Source of the DNA: Mobula hypostoma
Lineage: Eukaryota
Assembly (NCBI RefSeq): GCF_963921235.1
Contig: NC_086107.1
Span: 93,684,001-93,748,000, forward strand
Reading direction: 5' to 3'
DNA length: 64,000 nt
Positions 59,784-64,000 of the stretch are shown piece by piece (within the stretch, counting starts at the first letter, position 1; every line of letters begins with the position of its first letter). A program made the position numbers and the translations under genes. A model generated the notes under the pieces. It made no database searches. It was not told where the DNA came from and saw only the letters and a program-made list of their open reading frames with translations.

Positions 59784-59802
59784 GTAAATGACTATTTATT
59801 TA

Positions 59803-60608
59803 CGCGACTCCCTTGTCCACTCGTAAACCCCCCCCCCCCACCACATCCCTCCCCACCAATCTCCCTCCCGGCACTTATCCTTGTAAGCGGAACAAGTGTT
59901 ACACATGCCCTTACACTTCCTCCCTTACCACCATTCAGGGCCCCAAACAGTCCTTCCAGGTGAGACGACACTTCACCTGTGAGTCAGCTGGGATGATATA
60001 CTGCGTCCGGTGCTCCCGGTGCGGCCTTCTATATATTGGAGTGACCCGACGCAGGCTGGGAGACCATTTCGCTGAACACCTACGGTCTATCCACGGCCTC
60101 CTCTACTGTCGAGATGAAGCCACACCCAGGTTGGAGGAACAACACCTTATATTCCATCTGGGTAGCCTCCAACCTGATGGCATGAACATTGACTTCTCTA
60201 ACTTCTGTTAATGCCCCACCTCCCCCTCGTACCCCATCCATTATTTATTTATTTATTATTTTTTCCCTTTTTTTCTCTCTCTGTCCCTCTCACAATAACT
60301 CCTTGCCTGCTCTCCATCTTCCTCTGGTGCTCCCCTCCCCCTTTCTTTCTTCCCAGGCCTCCCGTGCCCTTCTCCAGCTCTGTATCCCTTTTGCCAATCA
60401 CCTGTCCAGCTCTTGGCTCTATCCCTCCCCCTCCTGTCTTCTCCTATCATTTCGGATCTCCCCCTCCCCCTCCCACTTTCAAATCTCTTACTATCTCTTC
60501 TTTCAGTTAGTCCTGACGAAGGGTCTCGGCCTGAAACGTCGACTGTACCTCTTCCTAGAGATGCTGCCTGGCCTGCTGCGTTCACCAGCAATTTGTGTGT
60601 GTTGCTTG
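59803..60608 (+). mobile_element. Penelope-like element 3' part (GIY-YIG and pLTR)
   Basis: PGTYPCKRNKCYTCPY...GMIYCVRCSRCGLLYIGVTRRRLGDHFAEHLRS...GMNIDF. Confidence 0.93.
60509..60544 (+). ncRNA. Minimal type I hammerhead ribozyme motif (PLE-associated), intact core
   Basis: AGTC-CTGACGA-AGGGTCTCGGCCT-GAAA-CG-TC-GACT: stem I AGTC/GACT, core CUGANGA and GAAA, palindromic ACGU stem III. Predicted cleavage after 60540. Confidence 0.75.
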
Positions 60609-61134
60609 ACTATTTATTCTGCCTGTTGAGCTGAAAATGTGTGACTTTGTCTCTTGGACCCATGCTGGGGACAGGAGCGGCAATGGCAGAGTCACAGACT
60701 CACAGCTCCAACTAGTGGGGGAGCTTTGAGGGATCTATGGACATTGACTCCCAGATCCCTCTGTTCCTCCACGCTGCTAAGAATCCTGCCATTAACCCTG
60801 TAGTCTGCCCTCAAGTTTCCCCTTCTAAAGTGTATCACTTCTCACTTTTACGGATCGAACTCCATCTGCCACTTCTGCCTAGTAGTCCTGTCTACCTGCA
60901 TGTTGGCTACAGCTGTCGAAAGCTCATCATCCTGTGACCTGTCCACCACTACAGCTAACAGCTCATTCCACACTCGTAGTGAAATATTCCCCCTCAGATT
61001 GCCTCAAATATTTAAAACAGTGAATCTCTTTAGAACTGCCTCCAATCGATCCTGATGAAGGGTCTCGGCTTGAAACGCCGACTGCTGATTCCCCTCCATA
61101 GATGCTACCTGACCTGCTGAGTTCCTCCAGCATT

Positions 61135-61492
61135 ATAGATGGTGGGTGGAGATACGTCTCTACCCAAGGAGGTATAAGGCACTCCTTCCCTCCACTAGCC
61201 TGCAGATCACCCTTAGGCAAGGTATAGCACCTGCTTAGCCCCCGAATCAGGGTTATATGAAACCATGGGAGCAGGTGGTGGATGATCATATGAGCAACTG
61301 GTGCATATCACAAGTCCTGGTTATGTAACCACTGACGCCAGGCAGACATTCTCCGAAGGGCATTGATAATGGCTGGGGGTCACCCCTTTTGTAAAGGCAT
61401 TTCCCAGAAGAAGGCAATGGCAAATCACTTCAGTAGAATTTGCCAAAAACAACCGTGGTCATCCACGTCATATGACATGGCACATGATGACG
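61135..61492 (+). mobile_element. RTE-derived non-autonomous element
   Basis: AGAAGGCAATGGCAAATCACTTC motif and (TGA)n-like tail. Second copy at 28499-28868. Confidence 0.7.
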
Positions 61493-61819
61493 AATTTGCA
61501 GAATGCTTTGTGTTTCCAATACACCCTTCCTTGTATAAGTGGAACAAAACTGAGCAAAGTACTCTGGAGTGCCTTCAGTAACAATGAAGCATCGATATGT
61601 CTGTGATCAGAGCCAATAAAGTGGAGGGGTGGTGTGCTCAGGATGCACTGTATTAGTAACGATGCAGAGGATTGGTTGAGAAGCATTTTTTTTTCATAGC
61701 GTGACCCTCCCCCTATTGTCCTGTCCACTATAGGCCTTTCCCACCGCTGCCCCATCTGGCCGGGAGATGCCCTCCCTTCCCTATGCCAACACTCAACCCC
61801 ACAACGTAACTGTCTGAAT

Positions 61820-62082
61820 GGGATAGCAGTCAGCGTAACATGACAACAGCGACAGCAACCTGAGCTCAGTTCTGTGGCTGTTTGTAAGGAGATTGTCCGT
61901 TCTCCCTGATACTGGGCGGGTCTCCCCCGGGTGCCTGGATTTTCTCCACTGGTCCAAAACGTACGGGTTGGCGTCGGAAATGTGGCGACACTTGTGGGCT
62001 GCCTCCCAGCGCACATCAGATTATGTCGGTCATTGACGCATACAGCGCATTTCTCTGTGAAGTTTCAATGTACGTGCTATGT
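61820..62082 (+). mobile_element. V-SINE with alternative tail
   Basis: Degenerate V domain plus gttggcgtcggaaatgtggcgacacttgtgggctgcc. Confidence 0.7.
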
Positions 62083-62617
62083 AGATTGGGCTCTGCATCA
62101 GTCCTGATACAGGGTTTCAACCTGAAGCCTTGACAATTCTTCCCTCTTCCCCACCCCCCCACCCCCAGAAGGTGCTGCCTGACCCTTGGTGTTACCCCTG
62201 CAGATTGTTGCTTCAGATTCCAGCATCTGCCATCTCCCATGTCTCCATGTCTATGTTAATGCTCATTTCCAGGCGATAATCATCGTGGCAATGTTTTAAA
62301 CAGTTTTACAGGCAATTTCACAGATTTCTTGCTGGTTTGATGCTTTAAGAAAGGGTGAACTCTGACCCTCTTAGCAGCGGCCTGCCAAAGTCAGCTTTTC
62401 CTGGGGGTTGGAAGACGGTGAGTGAGCGGCTGGGACAGAGTCTGTTTTGCTGCCGTTGGCTTGGAACTGCTGTGTTCAGTTTTACTGAGCCCTGTGTTGC
62501 TCTGCTGAACACTGTGGGCATGCTAGGTTGGCGCCAGAATGCGCGGCAACACTTGCGGGCTGCCCCGCCCGAGCACATCCTTACTGTCGAAAATAAAGCT
62601 GTATGTTTCGTTGTCAA

Positions 62618-62880
62618 ACTCAAAGTCTGTCCCGAGACTTGTGGCCCATCAGGCCGGTGCTTATGCGGGTTTCTGTGGCGTGAAGTGACTGAAAGTACGA
62701 GACTCCCCCCCGCCCCCGGATAGAATGCCAGTCTATCGCAAGGTTAACCCCCAGCATTTGCCGGTACCCATTTTCAGCTGGGTGGACTGGAGCAGTGTGT
62801 GGTTAAGTGCCTTGCTCAAAGACACAACACGCTGCCTTGGCCGAGACTCAAACCCACGATCTTCAGGCTTGGCCATGCAC
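62618..62880 (-). mobile_element. SINE of the 19581 family
   Basis: In reverse: aatgggtaccggcaaatgctgggggttaaccttgcgatagactggc...cacttcacgccacagaaacccgcataagcaccggcctgatgggccacaag. Confidence 0.85.
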
Positions 62881-62999
62881 TACACATGTTTTGATACATG
62901 CACGATAAATATATTTTAGTCTTCAATCCTTATCGCCATCCCAATTGTGGGATCTCACTGCACTGCCAATGGGACTTCACTGACTGTGAGAAGCATTGA

Positions 63000-63605
63000 A
63001 GTTCAGGTCACCTACCTACGAGGAAGATGTCAAGAAGTTTAAAAGGATACAGAGAAAATTTATCAGTCCTGCTGAAGGGTCTCAGCCTGAAACGTAGGCT
63101 GTACTCTTTTCATTAGATGCTGCCTGGCCTTCTGAGTTCCTCCAGTACTTTGTGTGTCCTGCTCGGATTTGCAACATCTGCAGATTCTCTCTTGTTTGTT
63201 ACAAGAATGGTGCTAGGATTTGATAACCTGAGTTATAGGGAAATAGGTTGAGACCTTGTTCCCTGGAGTGTAGAATGAGGGGAGATACGGTAAATACAAG
63301 TAGGCTTTTTCCACTGAGTTTGGGTAAGACTAGAACTAGTTATGGGTTAAGGGTGAAAGGTGAAATGTTTAAGGGGAACATGAGGAGGAACTTCTCTCAG
63401 AGACTGACGAGAGTGTGGAACAAGCTGCCGGTGGAAGTGCTGGATGTGGGTTTGATTTCAACATTCAAGAGCAAATTGGATAGGTACACGGATGGGAGAA
63501 GTACGGAGGGCTATGGTCCGGGTGCAGGTAGATGGGACGAGACAGATTAATAATCCAGCATGGACTAGATGGGCTGCAGGGCCTGTTTCTGTACTGTAGT
63601 TTTCT
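63000..63605 (+). mobile_element. CR1 3' fragment interrupted by a solo pLTR (63063-63200)
   Basis: GLRVKGEMFKGNMRRNFSQRLTRVWNKLP. The host cagagaaaattta|caagaatg is split by a hammerhead-bearing pLTR. Confidence 0.88.
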
Positions 63606-64000
63606 CTAACTCTCCCTCCCTGTGATGTGTTCTTGTCAATTGTTCATTCAGTCTCACTCGCTCTGTGTGTGCGCCCGTCTCACAGTTCTTGCCTCTCTCT
63701 TTGCATCTTCTATTCTGCCTTGCTTCAGAAGAGAAAACGCACATCCTTTACTCTTCCTCCCGGTGTCTGCTGCATAACTCTAATTACATTCCAGGCACAT
63801 TATTGTTGAGGTTGAATAGTTTGTCAGTGAAAACCTTTCTCAGCGGTGCCATGTTTTTTTATTCTCTGCCACGGTTGGCATGACAACCCTCTTGGGCCAT
63901 GGACACAAAAACCTTGACTAAACTTACCAATATTCTCATGACTTTACTTTTTATCTGGGTTTTTTTCTATATATCAACTAAACTGGGAGGACTTCAATGA

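Overview
This is eukaryotic, repeat-dominated DNA with no intact protein-coding gene, rRNA, functional tRNA or CRISPR array. The repeat set points to a cartilaginous fish, probably a ray (inference): HER1/CR1 LINEs, HE1-type V-SINEs, Rex1/Babar and RTE LINEs, Penelope-like elements (PLEs), Tc1, pogo and hAT DNA transposons, and Deu-SINE remnants. Nearly all listed ORFs are decayed transposon fragments or antisense noise. The window looks intronic or intergenic, with nested insertions separated by short unique AT/TAAT-rich islands. One island holds a candidate 126-nt exon. The most interesting structures are: (1) a ~560-bp compound transposon bounded by two mini-MITEs; (2) a Tc1 derivative whose right end is a TIR-TIR mini-hairpin; (3) about ten PLE minimal hammerhead ribozyme motifs and head-to-head pLTR pairs; (4) several non-coding, non-autonomous retroposon families with AAGATGG 5' ends; (5) SINEs that share heads but have different tails; (6) a Rex element joined twice to the same extra 3' cargo. 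Coordinates were read by eye and are approximate unless a TSD or TIR is quoted. Family names come from recalled motifs, not database searches.
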